This document shows, one piece after another, positions 19,987 through 29,904 of a stretch of DNA of 64,000 nucleotides. Position 1 is the stretch's first letter. The number at the start of each line of letters is the position of its first letter. Below the pieces are notes generated by a model that searched no databases, had not been told where the DNA came from, and was given only the letters and a program-made list of their open reading frames with translations. The position numbers were made by a program, and so were the translations under genes. The DNA is taken from positions 567 through 64,566 of the forward strand of contig CAWVRV010000002.1 in NCBI GenBank assembly GCA_963932755.1, given 5' to 3'. Source of the stretch: an uncultured Flavobacteriales bacterium. Lineage in GTDB: Bacteria > Bacteroidota > Bacteroidia > Flavobacteriales_D > Sanyastnellaceae.

Positions 19987-21714
19987 ATGTCGACTAATCA
20001 AAATGGCCTGCTCAACGGACCAGCTCAACCACTGATCATCGCACTTACGCTGGTCGTGGGGCTTTTGCTAGGCCGTGGATGTAATGACGCCTCACAACAT
20101 AGCCCTCACAAGGACAATCGGATTTCACACATCTTAAACCAAATTGACGTTCTCTATGTGGACTCAATAGATCGTGAGTCACTTATTGATGTTGCTGTTC
20201 AATCAATTGTCCAAGAACTCGACCCCCATACAAATTACTTCTCTAGTGAAGAAATCTTAGCGAACGCTGTTCTCATGGAGGGGAATTTTGAAGGGATTGG
20301 GGTAGAGTTTATCATTCGGGACGACACATTAATGGTTGTCAATGCCATCCCAGGAGGGCCTTCAGAAAGTGCGGGGATCAAAGCAGGAGATAGAATTGTT
20401 GAAGTTGAAGGCGAATCTATTTCTGGCCCCGATCTAACCAACGACCGGGTGATGAAGCTGCTCAAGGGCCCAAGGGGGACCCAGGTCGATTTGGGAATAA
20501 CCCGAAACAGCAATGTCCTTGGCGACAAAGACACCCCTTTAGAAGAGGCATTCAACGTGACGATTGAGCGTGCAAGGATTCCCGTAAATAGTGTCGTGGC
20601 ATCCTTTGTACTTGAAAGCACCGTGGGCTATCTCAAAGTCATTCGCTTTTCTGCGACGACTGCAATCGAGTTTGAGCAGTCAATGAACGATTTGGCAAAG
20701 CAAGGCGCTACTTCAGTGATTGTAGATTTAAGGGGAAACGGGGGCGGATATCTGCGTTCCGCAACAGACATGCTGGATCGGTTTTTAGATGAAGGTCTCG
20801 GGATTGTTTACACAGAGGGCAAGGCCTCTCCGAGAATAGATTACAATTCTACATATCATGGAGAATACAGCAGCTGGCCTATTGCGGTACTTATAGACGA
20901 AAACTCGGCGTCGGCCAGTGAGATATTTGCCGGAGCATTGCAGGACAACGACAGAGGTCTTATCGTGGGCAGACGGTCTTTCGGAAAAGGCCTGGTTCAG
21001 GAGGAATTCTCTGTACCAAATGCGCTGTCAGGAGCGGGTGCCCTTCGTCTTACAGTAGCTAGGTTTTACACTCCGAGCGGCAGAGCAATACAAAAACCGT
21101 ACGGTGAAGGCGTGAATTATGCGAATGATTACCAAGACCGGATTGCGTCTGGTGAACTTTTTCTACAGGACAGCATTCAGCATTCGGATACAGTAGCCTA
21201 CAGAACTTTGCTAGGCCGTAAGGTATATGGTGGTGGTGGGATTACTCCAGATGTCTTTATCCCATTAGACAGTACACAGTCAAACAGGGCTTTGGCAGAG
21301 CTGGTTTGGACAGGGGCGTTACGTGATGCCTCATTCACATGGGTGGATCTTCATCGCGCTGAGAATTTAGAAAACAACCTTTCTGAAACGAGCTCTGTTT
21401 GGACAAATTCTACTACAGGCGGCCTGTCTACGATAAAGAGAGTGGCAGAGAGACAGGGTACGGTTTGGCCAGACAAATCGAGTGAAGAAGGAAGGGAAGA
21501 AATAGAACGAATTATGATCAGATTCTTTGCCCAGGTTATGAGAAACGTGCAAGGAGAGAACGCCTACCACAAAGTGATAACCTCTGGTGATGAATTCGTT
21601 GAAAGGGCACTTTATGAATTGTTAGAAGATGAAAGGTTCGGTACGCGAGAAGGAGGAGTATATTTGCTCCTTAATGATTCAATGATCACGGATCAAACTT
21701 TAAATATGTATTAA
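19987..21714 (+). CDS. S41-family carboxy-terminal processing peptidase
   Basis: N-terminal anchor, PDZ domain ([13 protein letters not shown]) and S41 core ([27 protein letters not shown]). Confidence 0.85.
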   Translation: MSTNQNGLLNGPAQPLIIALTLVVGLLLGRGCNDASQHSPHKDNRISHILNQIDVLYVDSIDRESLIDVAVQSIVQELDPHTNYFSSEEILANAVLMEGNFEGIGVEFIIRDDTLMVVNAIPGGPSESAGIKAGDRIVEVEGESISGPDLTNDRVMKLLKGPRGTQVDLGITRNSNVLGDKDTPLEEAFNVTIERARIPVNSVVASFVLESTVGYLKVIRFSATTAIEFEQSMNDLAKQGATSVIVDLRGNGGGYLRSATDMLDRFLDEGLGIVYTEGKASPRIDYNSTYHGEYSSWPIAVLIDENSASASEIFAGALQDNDRGLIVGRRSFGKGLVQEEFSVPNALSGAGALRLTVARFYTPSGRAIQKPYGEGVNYANDYQDRIASGELFLQDSIQHSDTVAYRTLLGRKVYGGGGITPDVFIPLDSTQSNRALAELVWTGALRDASFTWVDLHRAENLENNLSETSSVWTNSTTGGLSTIKRVAERQGTVWPDKSSEEGREEIERIMIRFFAQVMRNVQGENAYHKVITSGDEFVERALYELLEDERFGTREGGVYLLLNDSMITDQTLNMY

Positions 21715-21725
21715 ATAATAACACA

Positions 21726-22334
21726 ATGGCATTCGAATTACCTAATCTACCCTACGCTTACGACGCCCTCGAGCCACATATCGACGCGCGTACGATGGAA
21801 ATCCATCACGGAAAGCATCACGCTGGTTACACAGCGAAATTGAACGCAGCTGTATCGGGTACTGACCTTGAGGGTTCTTGTATCGAGGATCTCCTTGCAA
21901 GTCATTCTGAAAATACTGCAGTACGAAACAACGGTGGAGGTTTCTATAACCACACGTTATTTTGGAATTCGATGTCCCCAAATGGGGGTGGAACACCTTC
22001 AGGTGATTTGGCGTCTGCCATAGACAGAGACTTCGGTTCATTCAATGACTTTGTCGATCAGTTTTCAAAAGCTGCTGCAACGCGTTTCGGTTCTGGCTGG
22101 GCTTGGCTATGTGTCTGTGACGAAGGTAAATTAAGTGTGTGTTCTTCTGCAAACCAAGACAATCCACTTATGCCTGGTGTTGGTTGTGGATGTACACCCA
22201 TCATGGGCCTCGACGTTTGGGAGCACGCGTATTACCTCAATTATCAAAACCGCCGTCCAGACTATATCTCCGCATTTTTTAATGTCGCAGATTGGAATGC
22301 AATCGCTGAGCGTTACGCTTCGGCGTCAAAGTAA
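21726..22334 (+). CDS. sodA: Superoxide dismutase, Fe/Mn family
   Basis: [19 protein letters not shown] and DVWEHAYYL motifs. The Mn versus Fe assignment is tentative. Confidence 0.9.
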   Translation: MAFELPNLPYAYDALEPHIDARTMEIHHGKHHAGYTAKLNAAVSGTDLEGSCIEDLLASHSENTAVRNNGGGFYNHTLFWNSMSPNGGGTPSGDLASAIDRDFGSFNDFVDQFSKAAATRFGSGWAWLCVCDEGKLSVCSSANQDNPLMPGVGCGCTPIMGLDVWEHAYYLNYQNRRPDYISAFFNVADWNAIAERYASASK

Positions 22335-22342
22335 TTCTCACT

Positions 22343-23011
22343 GTGAGTCGTCACGTTGTTATCGTTGCTGGGGGTACTGGTACACGAATGCGAACAAAGA
22401 CGGCAAAACAATTTCTCATAATTAAGGGTCTGCCGCTTATGTGGTGGACCCTTCGTCGTTTTTATGAAGCTGTGCCTGACGCCCCTATATCTTTGGTCTT
22501 GCACGAATCTCTGTTCGACGAATTCCGCAGTTTAGAGATAGAATATGGTCCATCAGGTGTCACTCACCTCATACAAGGGGGTGTTGAACGCTTCCATTCA
22601 GTATTAAACGGGCTTGTCACTCTGCCTGATGATGGACTGGTTGCAATTCACGATGCTGTCCGTCCTTTTCCTTCGGTGAAGCTCATTCGGCACACGTTCG
22701 ATATGGCTGCGCTTCATGGTTCAGCGATTCCGACCGTACCGCTTAAGGACAGCATCCGTAAAATTTCGGATGTCAATACAAATGAATCTGTAGCGCTTAA
22801 TCGGTCAGATTTCATTTCAGTCCAAACCCCTCAATGCTTTGATTTGGCGCTGTTAAAACCATCATTTGCCGTTTCCTATTCCCCAGCCTTTACGGATGAT
22901 GCATCTGTTTTTGAAGCAGCGGGTCACAAAATAACAATTTGCGCAGGCGACCCCATCAATTTGAAGGTCACAACGCCCGAAGATCTCCTGATTGCCAAGG
23001 CCTTGGCCTAA
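22343..23011 (+). CDS. ispD: 2-C-methyl-D-erythritol 4-phosphate cytidylyltransferase
   Basis: VAGGTGTRM nucleotide-binding loop near the N-terminus, 222 aa, GTG start. Confidence 0.85.
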   Translation: MSRHVVIVAGGTGTRMRTKTAKQFLIIKGLPLMWWTLRRFYEAVPDAPISLVLHESLFDEFRSLEIEYGPSGVTHLIQGGVERFHSVLNGLVTLPDDGLVAIHDAVRPFPSVKLIRHTFDMAALHGSAIPTVPLKDSIRKISDVNTNESVALNRSDFISVQTPQCFDLALLKPSFAVSYSPAFTDDASVFEAAGHKITICAGDPINLKVTTPEDLLIAKALA

Positions 23012-23955
23012 GGTTGAAGTTCTTGAAAGTTTACTTTGGGCTTTAACCACACGACACTCGCAAGGATTGCTGTAAGCCCTATTGCCGCACTTATGCTCTC
23101 TGTCGTACCCCAAACTGTGTCTGCGGGATTCATTCCTTCTGCAACCCACTCAGGGCCTAACCACCACGCTGCACATACAGCGACGCCATTATTCACAAAG
23201 TGCCCCAGGACAGCTGGCCACAAACTCCCACTCGCTACAACCATGTAACCAAACCCTGCGCCGAGCAACAGGCGGGGAATAAATCCAAAGAATTGAAAGT
23301 GTATGGCACTAAATAAGATTGCACTCACCCAGACCCCTACGTGGATGTTGCCACTCCATTTCGAAAGGAGCGGTTGTAAAGCGCCTCGAAATAACCACTC
23401 CTCACATATCGCAGGTAGAAATGCCACGGCAACGAGCGTTGCTAGAAATTGGTTCGAGGTTTCCATTTTGAGCATGGCTTCGGTTATTCTAGCCGCATCC
23501 GCTTCGAGTGCCGCTGCCATCGTATGTAGGGTTGAACCATCTACAAGAAGCCATTCATTTAACCGATAAGTGAGATCTAAAAACGGTGAGAAGCCGAGCG
23601 TAATGATCACGGCGCCAATGAGAAATTTGAACAGATGTTTGTTTTCCCCAGTTTGACTAAACCCTACGCCTCTTCCCGGTCCATGTAGCATGGCATAGAC
23701 GAATCCGGCACCAGCAAACGCAAGGATTTGGTTTAATGAATTGAGGAGAAGCGTTGCACAAATTCCAGAGGTTGACTCAAGATTCATTAAGGATGACATC
23801 AATTCCGGAAGGGTGCCACCCGTCCCGCAAATCCATGCTGACAGGTATGTTCCGAAGAAAACAGAAACGCCCATACCTGTAACTGAAACACAGATGATGA
23901 ATATTAATTGAAGGAGCGGATGAAGATTATGGAAGGCGTTTTGTATGAACGTCAT
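23008..23955 (-). CDS. CPBP-family intramembrane glutamic endopeptidase (CAAX protease-like)
   Basis: Polytopic membrane protein with motifs EEWLFRG, FSAIHF and HFVNN. Confidence 0.75.
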   Translation of the reverse strand: MTFIQNAFHNLHPLLQLIFIICVSVTGMGVSVFFGTYLSAWICGTGGTLPELMSSLMNLESTSGICATLLLNSLNQILAFAGAGFVYAMLHGPGRGVGFSQTGENKHLFKFLIGAVIITLGFSPFLDLTYRLNEWLLVDGSTLHTMAAALEADAARITEAMLKMETSNQFLATLVAVAFLPAICEEWLFRGALQPLLSKWSGNIHVGVWVSAILFSAIHFQFFGFIPRLLLGAGFGYMVVASGSLWPAVLGHFVNNGVAVCAAWWLGPEWVAEGMNPADTVWGTTESISAAIGLTAILASVVWLKPKVNFQELQP

Positions 23956-23965
23956 GTGAAGGGCT

Positions 23966-23973
23966 TAATTTTG
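23966..23973 (+). promoter_or_regulatory. Putative -7 promoter box TAATTTTG upstream of dusB
   Basis: Exact TAnnTTTG, 29 nt upstream of the TTG start at 24003, in a 47-bp divergent intergenic region. Confidence 0.35.
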
Positions 23974-24002
23974 CGGCAAGTTCGTAAAACTCAGGTATAA
24001 GT

Positions 24003-24998
24003 TTGGTTAAAATAGCAGATATAGAATTGGGAGAGTTTCCACTCTTGCTTGCGCCTATGGAGGACGTAAGCGACCCTCCTTTTCGCGCAGTTTGCAAAAA
24101 GTATGGGGCAGACCTTATGTACACTGAGTTTATAAGCTCGGAAGGACTTATCCGTGATGCCGCGAAGAGTACAATGAAGCTCGATATCTTCGAGTATGAA
24201 CGACCCGTAGGGATTCAAATTTTCGGAGCTGATATAGGGCCGATGCGCGAAGCGGCTGCTATCGCAGAGCAAGCAGGCCCCGATATTATTGATATCAACT
24301 ACGGATGTCCTGTAAAGCAAGTGGCCTTAAAGGGTGCTGGAGCAGGGATTCTTCGGGACATTCCCAAGATGGTGGAGATGACGAAGGAGATTGTGAACAC
24401 TTGTAGCCTTCCCGTAACCGTGAAAACACGTTTGGGCTGGGATGATGGTTCAAGACATATCGTTGAAGTTGCCGAGAGATTGCAAGACGTAGGGATTGCT
24501 GCGATAAGTATTCATGGGCGTACAAGAGCACAAATGTATAAGGGAGATGCCGATTGGTCTTTGATTGCAGCTGTGAAGAATAACCCCAGAATGAATATTC
24601 CAGTTTTCGGAAATGGAGACATAGATACGCCGGAAAAAACGGTGGAGTACCGCGAACGCTTCGGTGTGGATGGGATTATGATCGGACGAGCGAGCATTGG
24701 TTCTCCATGGATTTTCAATGAAATAAAGCATTTTATCGCTACAGGCGAACATCTCGACCCACCCGATATGAAGGAACGCATTGCCGCTGCCTCGATGCAT
24801 TTCGAAGGGTCACTTACATGGAAGGGAGATCGACTGGGAATTGTTGAAATGAGGCGCCACTATGCAAATTACTTCAAAGGAATTCCGGACTTTAAAAAAC
24901 ACAGATTAGATCTTGTGACCTTTGACAATGTTGAGGACATTCGTGCCAAACTTCTTTTAATCGCGGATCTTTTTAAAGATCACGACTTTTCGAGGTAA
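24003..24998 (+). CDS. dusB: tRNA dihydrouridine synthase
   Basis: LAPMEDVSDPPFR, INYGCP and HGRTR motifs of the Dus family. TTG start. Confidence 0.9.
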   Translation: MVKIADIELGEFPLLLAPMEDVSDPPFRAVCKKYGADLMYTEFISSEGLIRDAAKSTMKLDIFEYERPVGIQIFGADIGPMREAAAIAEQAGPDIIDINYGCPVKQVALKGAGAGILRDIPKMVEMTKEIVNTCSLPVTVKTRLGWDDGSRHIVEVAERLQDVGIAAISIHGRTRAQMYKGDADWSLIAAVKNNPRMNIPVFGNGDIDTPEKTVEYRERFGVDGIMIGRASIGSPWIFNEIKHFIATGEHLDPPDMKERIAAASMHFEGSLTWKGDRLGIVEMRRHYANYFKGIPDFKKHRLDLVTFDNVEDIRAKLLLIADLFKDHDFSR

Positions 24999-25008
24999 GA
25001 TTACGATC

Positions 25009-26217
25009 CTAAGAAAGCCTTCGAATCAGGAATTTTACCATCGCTGCAGATCCCAGTCCACCGATTCCGATCACAACAGCGAGCGTACCGAAAATGTCTG
25101 TTGCGGCTAATCTAACTGGATAAGAAGGGACCACCGATCCTTCAAGTGTAAGCCACCCGAACGCATCTTGGCCGATCACAAGTGCAATTCCTAAAACGGT
25201 ACCGATGACTCCTCCCAACACATTAATGGCGAGACCCTGTAAGGAAAACGTACGCTCCAAAGCGCGGTCGTTCATCCCCATCGCCTTAAAAACCTCTAGG
25301 TCCTGTCTTTTATCGATCAGCAACATCGTCAGGGAAGCCAAAATGTTAAATGCGGCAACCACGAGGATAAAGCTAAGAATCACAAATGTGGCGAGCTTCT
25401 CCGCCCGATTTGTTTGGGTAACAAACGTATGTTTCTCCTCGCGTGTGCGTAAATGAACGTTGTCACCTAACGCCGCAATGAAGTTTTCGTCAGTTGCCAA
25501 ACGCGCCGCGGAAACACCTTCATCTACTTGAATTTCAAACCTGGACACTACGTTTGGTCTGTCGAATAGCTCACGGGCAAATTCCAAAGGGGCAAGGATA
25601 TATCTCGTGTCTAAATCTGCGTTAATAGAGAACGTACCACACGCCAAAGCAGGCAAGGTTCTGAAAGCTCTCTCTCTATATCTACTTAGTTTTTTACCTC
25701 TGACAGGGGCGCCAAGAGACATGAGTGGTGGATATGTAGAGTCAGACCGAATCCCCATCTCAGAACGGATTCCGTATCCGAGGCAAACACATTGCGAATT
25801 TTCAAATGATCTTCCCCATATGCCTTCAACAATTGCGCTATCTATTTGAGAGACCTCTCCATATTGAGCGTCAACACCCAAGACAGAACATATTTGTGTC
25901 ACGCCGTTCCCCCGAATGATTGCTTCACTTTCAATCACTGCAGAATAAACGGCAACACCTGGATATTCTCCGATGATCTCTCCGAGTTCATTTGGCAGCA
26001 CTTCTCCTGAAATGGGCACTGCAGCAAGGTCAGCATCTAATGTGCCAAACAAGTCCTGTACAAGGTCCTCTATTCCATTGAAAGCAGAGAGGATAGTAAT
26101 CATAGACATCGTGACCGCTGCAATCACGAACATAGAAATTCCTGAAATAACGTGAACTAGTTTCCGCGATTTAGGTTGGAAAAGATATCTCCGTGCAAGT
26201 CTGAATGGAAGTCGCAC
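25009..26217 (-). CDS. ABC transporter permease, LolC/E-like FtsX family
   Basis: RLARRYLF...KLVHVISGISMFVIAAVT N-terminus, a periplasmic domain and a C-terminal FtsX bundle. GTG start. Lies downstream of rbfA, as in many Bacteroidetes. Confidence 0.8.
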   Translation of the reverse strand: MRLPFRLARRYLFQPKSRKLVHVISGISMFVIAAVTMSMITILSAFNGIEDLVQDLFGTLDADLAAVPISGEVLPNELGEIIGEYPGVAVYSAVIESEAIIRGNGVTQICSVLGVDAQYGEVSQIDSAIVEGIWGRSFENSQCVCLGYGIRSEMGIRSDSTYPPLMSLGAPVRGKKLSRYRERAFRTLPALACGTFSINADLDTRYILAPLEFARELFDRPNVVSRFEIQVDEGVSAARLATDENFIAALGDNVHLRTREEKHTFVTQTNRAEKLATFVILSFILVVAAFNILASLTMLLIDKRQDLEVFKAMGMNDRALERTFSLQGLAINVLGGVIGTVLGIALVIGQDAFGWLTLEGSVVPSYPVRLAATDIFGTLAVVIGIGGLGSAAMVKFLIRRLS

Positions 26218-26222
26218 TTCAC

Positions 26223-26561
26223 CTACTCTTTTAACGCCTTCTCTACTGCGTCATAGTAATCTAGGCTGTCGTCGATGTAAAATTGCAATTCTGGAATTCG
26301 GCGCACTTGCTTTCCAATCACGCCTGCCAGATGATGACGCGTCCAATTCCTTTCTTTTTTCACCACTTTCAACGCGGCTTCTGTGTCCTTCACAGTCATA
26401 AAGCTTAGATAGACTTTTGCGACTCCCAGGTCAGGAGACATGCGCACAAGAGTCACCGTGATGAAAAGACCCTCGAAATGCATCGATGCTTCTCTCTGAA
26501 AGATGATACTTAACTCTTGTTTAATAAGGGTCGCGACTTTTTCTTGACGAATACTTGACAT
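26223..26561 (-). CDS. rbfA: Ribosome-binding factor A
   Basis: 112 aa. The N-terminus R(Q)EKVATLIKQELS.. and KH-like fold pattern are typical of RbfA. Confidence 0.85.
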   Translation of the reverse strand: MSSIRQEKVATLIKQELSIIFQREASMHFEGLFITVTLVRMSPDLGVAKVYLSFMTVKDTEAALKVVKKERNWTRHHLAGVIGKQVRRIPELQFYIDDSLDYYDAVEKALKE

Positions 26562-26590
26562 GTGACGAAGTTAGCTCAGATTATATAATT

Positions 26591-27769
26591 TCAGTATAGG
26601 AATTTATGATACGGATACCGCTTGACATGGAGTTCCTTCACTCTGTTATAAAGCAAGTCTCTTAAGTTTGTAATGTCCTCTTTGTCTCTCGCACTCATAA
26701 AAACAACATCAAACCCATCCTTCTCGAAACGTTGCTTCAGTCCTTCAATGATTTCAGCACCAGAAACCTCAGCATCCTCGTCTTCTAAAAGATCAATTTT
26801 ATTGAAAAGAAGAAGCGTAGGCTTGTCATCACTCCCGATTTCCTCTAATGTGCGCTCGACGACCGCAACTTGATCCTCAAATTGAGGGTGACTGACATCG
26901 ATGACATGGATCAGCAGATCGCTTTCACGGGTTTCATCGAGTGTGGATTTAAAGCTTTCAATCAGTTGGGTTGGCAGCTTCCTGATGAAACCGACAGTGT
27001 CACTTAGGAGAAAGGGAAGATTCGCTACAACGACTTTTCTAACGGTCGTGTCGAGTGTGGCAAAAAGCTTATTCTCAGCAAATACATCACTCTTTGAAAG
27101 CGCAGTCATAAGCGTGCTTTTGCCAGCATTCGTATACCCTACAAGAGCCACACGAATCATAGAGCCTCTGTTGCTACGCTGCGTAGCCATTTGCTTATCT
27201 ATGGCAACCAATTCCTTTTTTAACAGTGCAATCCTGTCCCTTATTATTCTTCGATCTGTCTCGATTTCTTTCTCTCCAGGACCTTTCATTCCGATGCCCC
27301 CTTTTTGTTTTTGAAGGTGAGTCCACATGTTTGTGAGACGCGGCAAGAGGTATTGGTATTGTGCGAGTTCTACTTGAGTCCTCGCGTGAGACGTTCTTGC
27401 TCTTTGGGCAAAAATATCGAGTATGAGGTTCGGTCGATCGATAATCTTCACGCCCTCAATTTCTTTTTCTATGTTTCTGATTTGAGACCCACTGAGTTCG
27501 TCATCGAAAACAATCATATCAATCCCTTCGGCTTTTACATAGTCTCTAATTTCTAAAAGCTTGCCCGACCCGATAAACGTTTTGGAATCAGGCTTCGTGA
27601 GAGACTGAATAAATGTCTTTTTCGAAATTGCATTTGCCGTAACCACTAAGAACGCGAGCTCTTCGAGATACTCTTCCAGCTGTTCGCGTTTTTGGTTTTG
27701 GGTTGCAAGACCTATCAGGACACATGTCTCCTTTTCTTCAGAAGTCGAAACAGGTTGTCGTTTTGCCAT
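26591..27769 (-). CDS. hflX: GTPase HflX
   Basis: HflX N-domain followed by G1 GYTNAGKST, G3 DTVGF and G4 NKID. Confidence 0.9.
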   Translation of the reverse strand: MAKRQPVSTSEEKETCVLIGLATQNQKREQLEEYLEELAFLVVTANAISKKTFIQSLTKPDSKTFIGSGKLLEIRDYVKAEGIDMIVFDDELSGSQIRNIEKEIEGVKIIDRPNLILDIFAQRARTSHARTQVELAQYQYLLPRLTNMWTHLQKQKGGIGMKGPGEKEIETDRRIIRDRIALLKKELVAIDKQMATQRSNRGSMIRVALVGYTNAGKSTLMTALSKSDVFAENKLFATLDTTVRKVVVANLPFLLSDTVGFIRKLPTQLIESFKSTLDETRESDLLIHVIDVSHPQFEDQVAVVERTLEEIGSDDKPTLLLFNKIDLLEDEDAEVSGAEIIEGLKQRFEKDGFDVVFMSARDKEDITNLRDLLYNRVKELHVKRYPYHKFLY

Positions 27770-27777
27770 AATATCCT

Positions 27778-28143
27778 TTACTTAAGACGATCAATGTACA
27801 CCGCAAGTCCTCTAATCGTAGGCATATCAAGAACATCTTTTTGAGGGGGCATTGTGCCTTTGCCGTTCATGATAATGTCCACTCTTTCTTCCATTGTATA
27901 CTCTGTGGTGACCAAATTCGGTGCCCCCTTAATCACAGAGACCCCATTTTCACCATGACATATCGAGCATTTATATCGGTAAATGAGCGCAATGCCTTCG
28001 AGATTGATTTGAGCATTCTGTTCAGTTCCAGGCTGATTGTCGCGCCCAATCTCAGTTCTGTTGGTAGGATTGTCACAAGATAAAACCATGAAAACAGCGA
28101 GGCATGTCGTGAAAAACACACGGAATCGGCTTGCCACATTCAT
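27778..28143 (-). CDS. Class I c-type cytochrome, probable lipoprotein
   Basis: Signal peptide ending in a lipobox-like VLSC, a single haem motif CSICH, and a distal Met candidate in GKGTMPPQ. Confidence 0.75.
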   Translation of the reverse strand: MNVASRFRVFFTTCLAVFMVLSCDNPTNRTEIGRDNQPGTEQNAQINLEGIALIYRYKCSICHGENGVSVIKGAPNLVTTEYTMEERVDIIMNGKGTMPPQKDVLDMPTIRGLAVYIDRLK

Positions 28144-28146
28144 AGG

Positions 28147-28491
28147 CTATCTACGCGCTTTAATGAAGCTGAGAACAAAGGCAACCATTGATAAGACAGA
28201 CGTTGCAATCATTGCAATCACACGAAACAATCCGACCCCTCCAGAATCAAGACTTTTCGGCAACCTCATTCCCACCAAAGCCACTAGGATGACCAATGTT
28301 AAAAGAACGGCGACATGCGCGATGATTTTATTTTCCTTTTTTAAACCGATGGTACACAACAATAGAATGACACCAAAACCCACAGGAATTAATGCAGTTG
28401 GCGACTGAACATCGGTGTAATCGATATACCCCCATAATCCGAGAGAGATGAGAACGATTGAATTTAATACGTTATAAAAAGAAGCTTTCAT
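28147..28491 (-). CDS. Hypothetical small membrane protein (4 predicted TM helices)
   Basis: 114-aa hydrophobic ORF, separated by 3 bp from the cytochrome c gene and 11 bp from gdhA. No motif recognised. Confidence 0.5.
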   Translation of the reverse strand: MKASFYNVLNSIVLISLGLWGYIDYTDVQSPTALIPVGFGVILLLCTIGLKKENKIIAHVAVLLTLVILVALVGMRLPKSLDSGGVGLFRVIAMIATSVLSMVAFVLSFIKARR

Positions 28492-28502
28492 GATTATTTA
28501 TT

Positions 28503-29846
28503 TTATACAATTCCTTGATCCAACATGGCATTTGCAACTTTTACAAAACCAGCAATATTTGCGCCTCTCACATAATCCACCTTTCCATTTTCATCCTTTC
28601 CGTACTCCACACATTGAGCGTGGATGTCTTTCATGATTTTGTGGAGTCGTGTGTCGACTTCTTCAGCGCTCCAAGCCAGACGCATGCTGTTTTGGGACAT
28701 TTCTAATCCAGAAGTCGCAACTCCTCCAGCATTTGAAGCCTTTCCAGGTGCGAAAAGCACGCCAGTTTCTTGGAGCAATTCAACGGCATCAGGTGTACAC
28801 GGCATGTTGGCACCTTCGGCCACGGAAATGCAGTTGTTGTTCACCAATGCTTTTGCATCGTCTTCCTCAATTTCGTTCTGAGTGGCACATGGTAGCGCCA
28901 AATCGCATGCGATATTCCAAGGTCGAGCGCCTGCGTGGAATGTACTTCCAGGGTATTGGGCTTCGTATTCAGAAATACGTCCTCTTCGAACATTTTTCAG
29001 TGTCATCACCCACTCGAGCTTTTCTTGCGAAATCCCCTCTGGATCGTGAATAAAGCCTTTAGAGTCAGATAGAGTAACCACCTTTGCGCCAAGTTCGATG
29101 CATTTTTGAGCAGCATATTGAGCGACGTTTCCGGATCCAGAAATCACGACAGTTTTTGCATCGAGGGTCTCATTCTGTGTTGCTAACATCTCTTGAGCAA
29201 AGTACACTGTACCATAACCTGTCGCCTCTGGACGTATTAGAGATCCACCATAGTTGATTCCTTTTCCAGTAAGTACGCCCACAAATTCATTGCGGATTCG
29301 TTTGTATTGTCCGAAGAGGAAACCGATTTCACGTCCGCCGACACCGATGTCTCCAGCTGGAACATCCGTATTCGCGCCAATATGTCTAGACAGTTCCGTC
29401 ATAAAACTTTGACAAAACCTCATTACTTCGTGGTCGCTCTTACCCTTTGGGTTGAAATCAGCCCCCCCTTTTCCACCCCCCAAAGGAAGTGTGGTTAAAG
29501 AATTCTTAAAGACCTGTTCGAAACCTAGAAACTTAAGGATGCTCAGATTCACACTTGGGTGAAATCTCAACCCTCCTTTGTAGGGACCTATCGCAGAGTT
29601 AAACTCTACACGATATCCTCGATTTACGTGTACCTCCCCCTTGTCATCTGTCCAAGCTACTCTAAACATGATCGTGCGCTCGGGCTCGATCATTCGCTCA
29701 AGTATTTTTCCATTGGAATACTTGGGGTTTTTTGCGATAAATGGGATTACTGTTTCAGCTACCTCTTGGACAGCTTGAAGAAACTCGGGTTCGTTTGCAT
29801 TTGATTTGGCTACTTGAGCCATAAATGCATCAATACGTTCCTGCAT
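28503..29846 (-). CDS. gdhA: NADP-specific glutamate dehydrogenase
   Basis: 447 aa with the catalytic LPLGGGKGGADF motif and typical Glu/Leu/Phe/Val dehydrogenase architecture. Confidence 0.95.
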   Translation of the reverse strand: MQERIDAFMAQVAKSNANEPEFLQAVQEVAETVIPFIAKNPKYSNGKILERMIEPERTIMFRVAWTDDKGEVHVNRGYRVEFNSAIGPYKGGLRFHPSVNLSILKFLGFEQVFKNSLTTLPLGGGKGGADFNPKGKSDHEVMRFCQSFMTELSRHIGANTDVPAGDIGVGGREIGFLFGQYKRIRNEFVGVLTGKGINYGGSLIRPEATGYGTVYFAQEMLATQNETLDAKTVVISGSGNVAQYAAQKCIELGAKVVTLSDSKGFIHDPEGISQEKLEWVMTLKNVRRGRISEYEAQYPGSTFHAGARPWNIACDLALPCATQNEIEEDDAKALVNNNCISVAEGANMPCTPDAVELLQETGVLFAPGKASNAGGVATSGLEMSQNSMRLAWSAEEVDTRLHKIMKDIHAQCVEYGKDENGKVDYVRGANIAGFVKVANAMLDQGIV

Positions 29847-29884
29847 GGTCTAAATTTTAACGTTGATATATACGCTTTGCCCGC

Positions 29885-29892
29885 CAAAGGTA
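29885..29892 (-). promoter_or_regulatory. Putative -7 promoter box TACCTTTG upstream of gdhA
   Basis: Exact TAnnTTTG on the minus strand, 38 nt upstream of the ATG at 29846. Confidence 0.35.
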
Positions 29893-29904
29893 ATCGAAGT
29901 TATA

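Noticed and set aside
29866-29892. Weak hairpin CTTTG-GCGGG-CAAAG after the SDR stop, considered as a terminator.
   Set aside because: It has only a 5-bp stem and no U-tract, and it overlaps the gdhA -7 box. That is insufficient for a terminator call.
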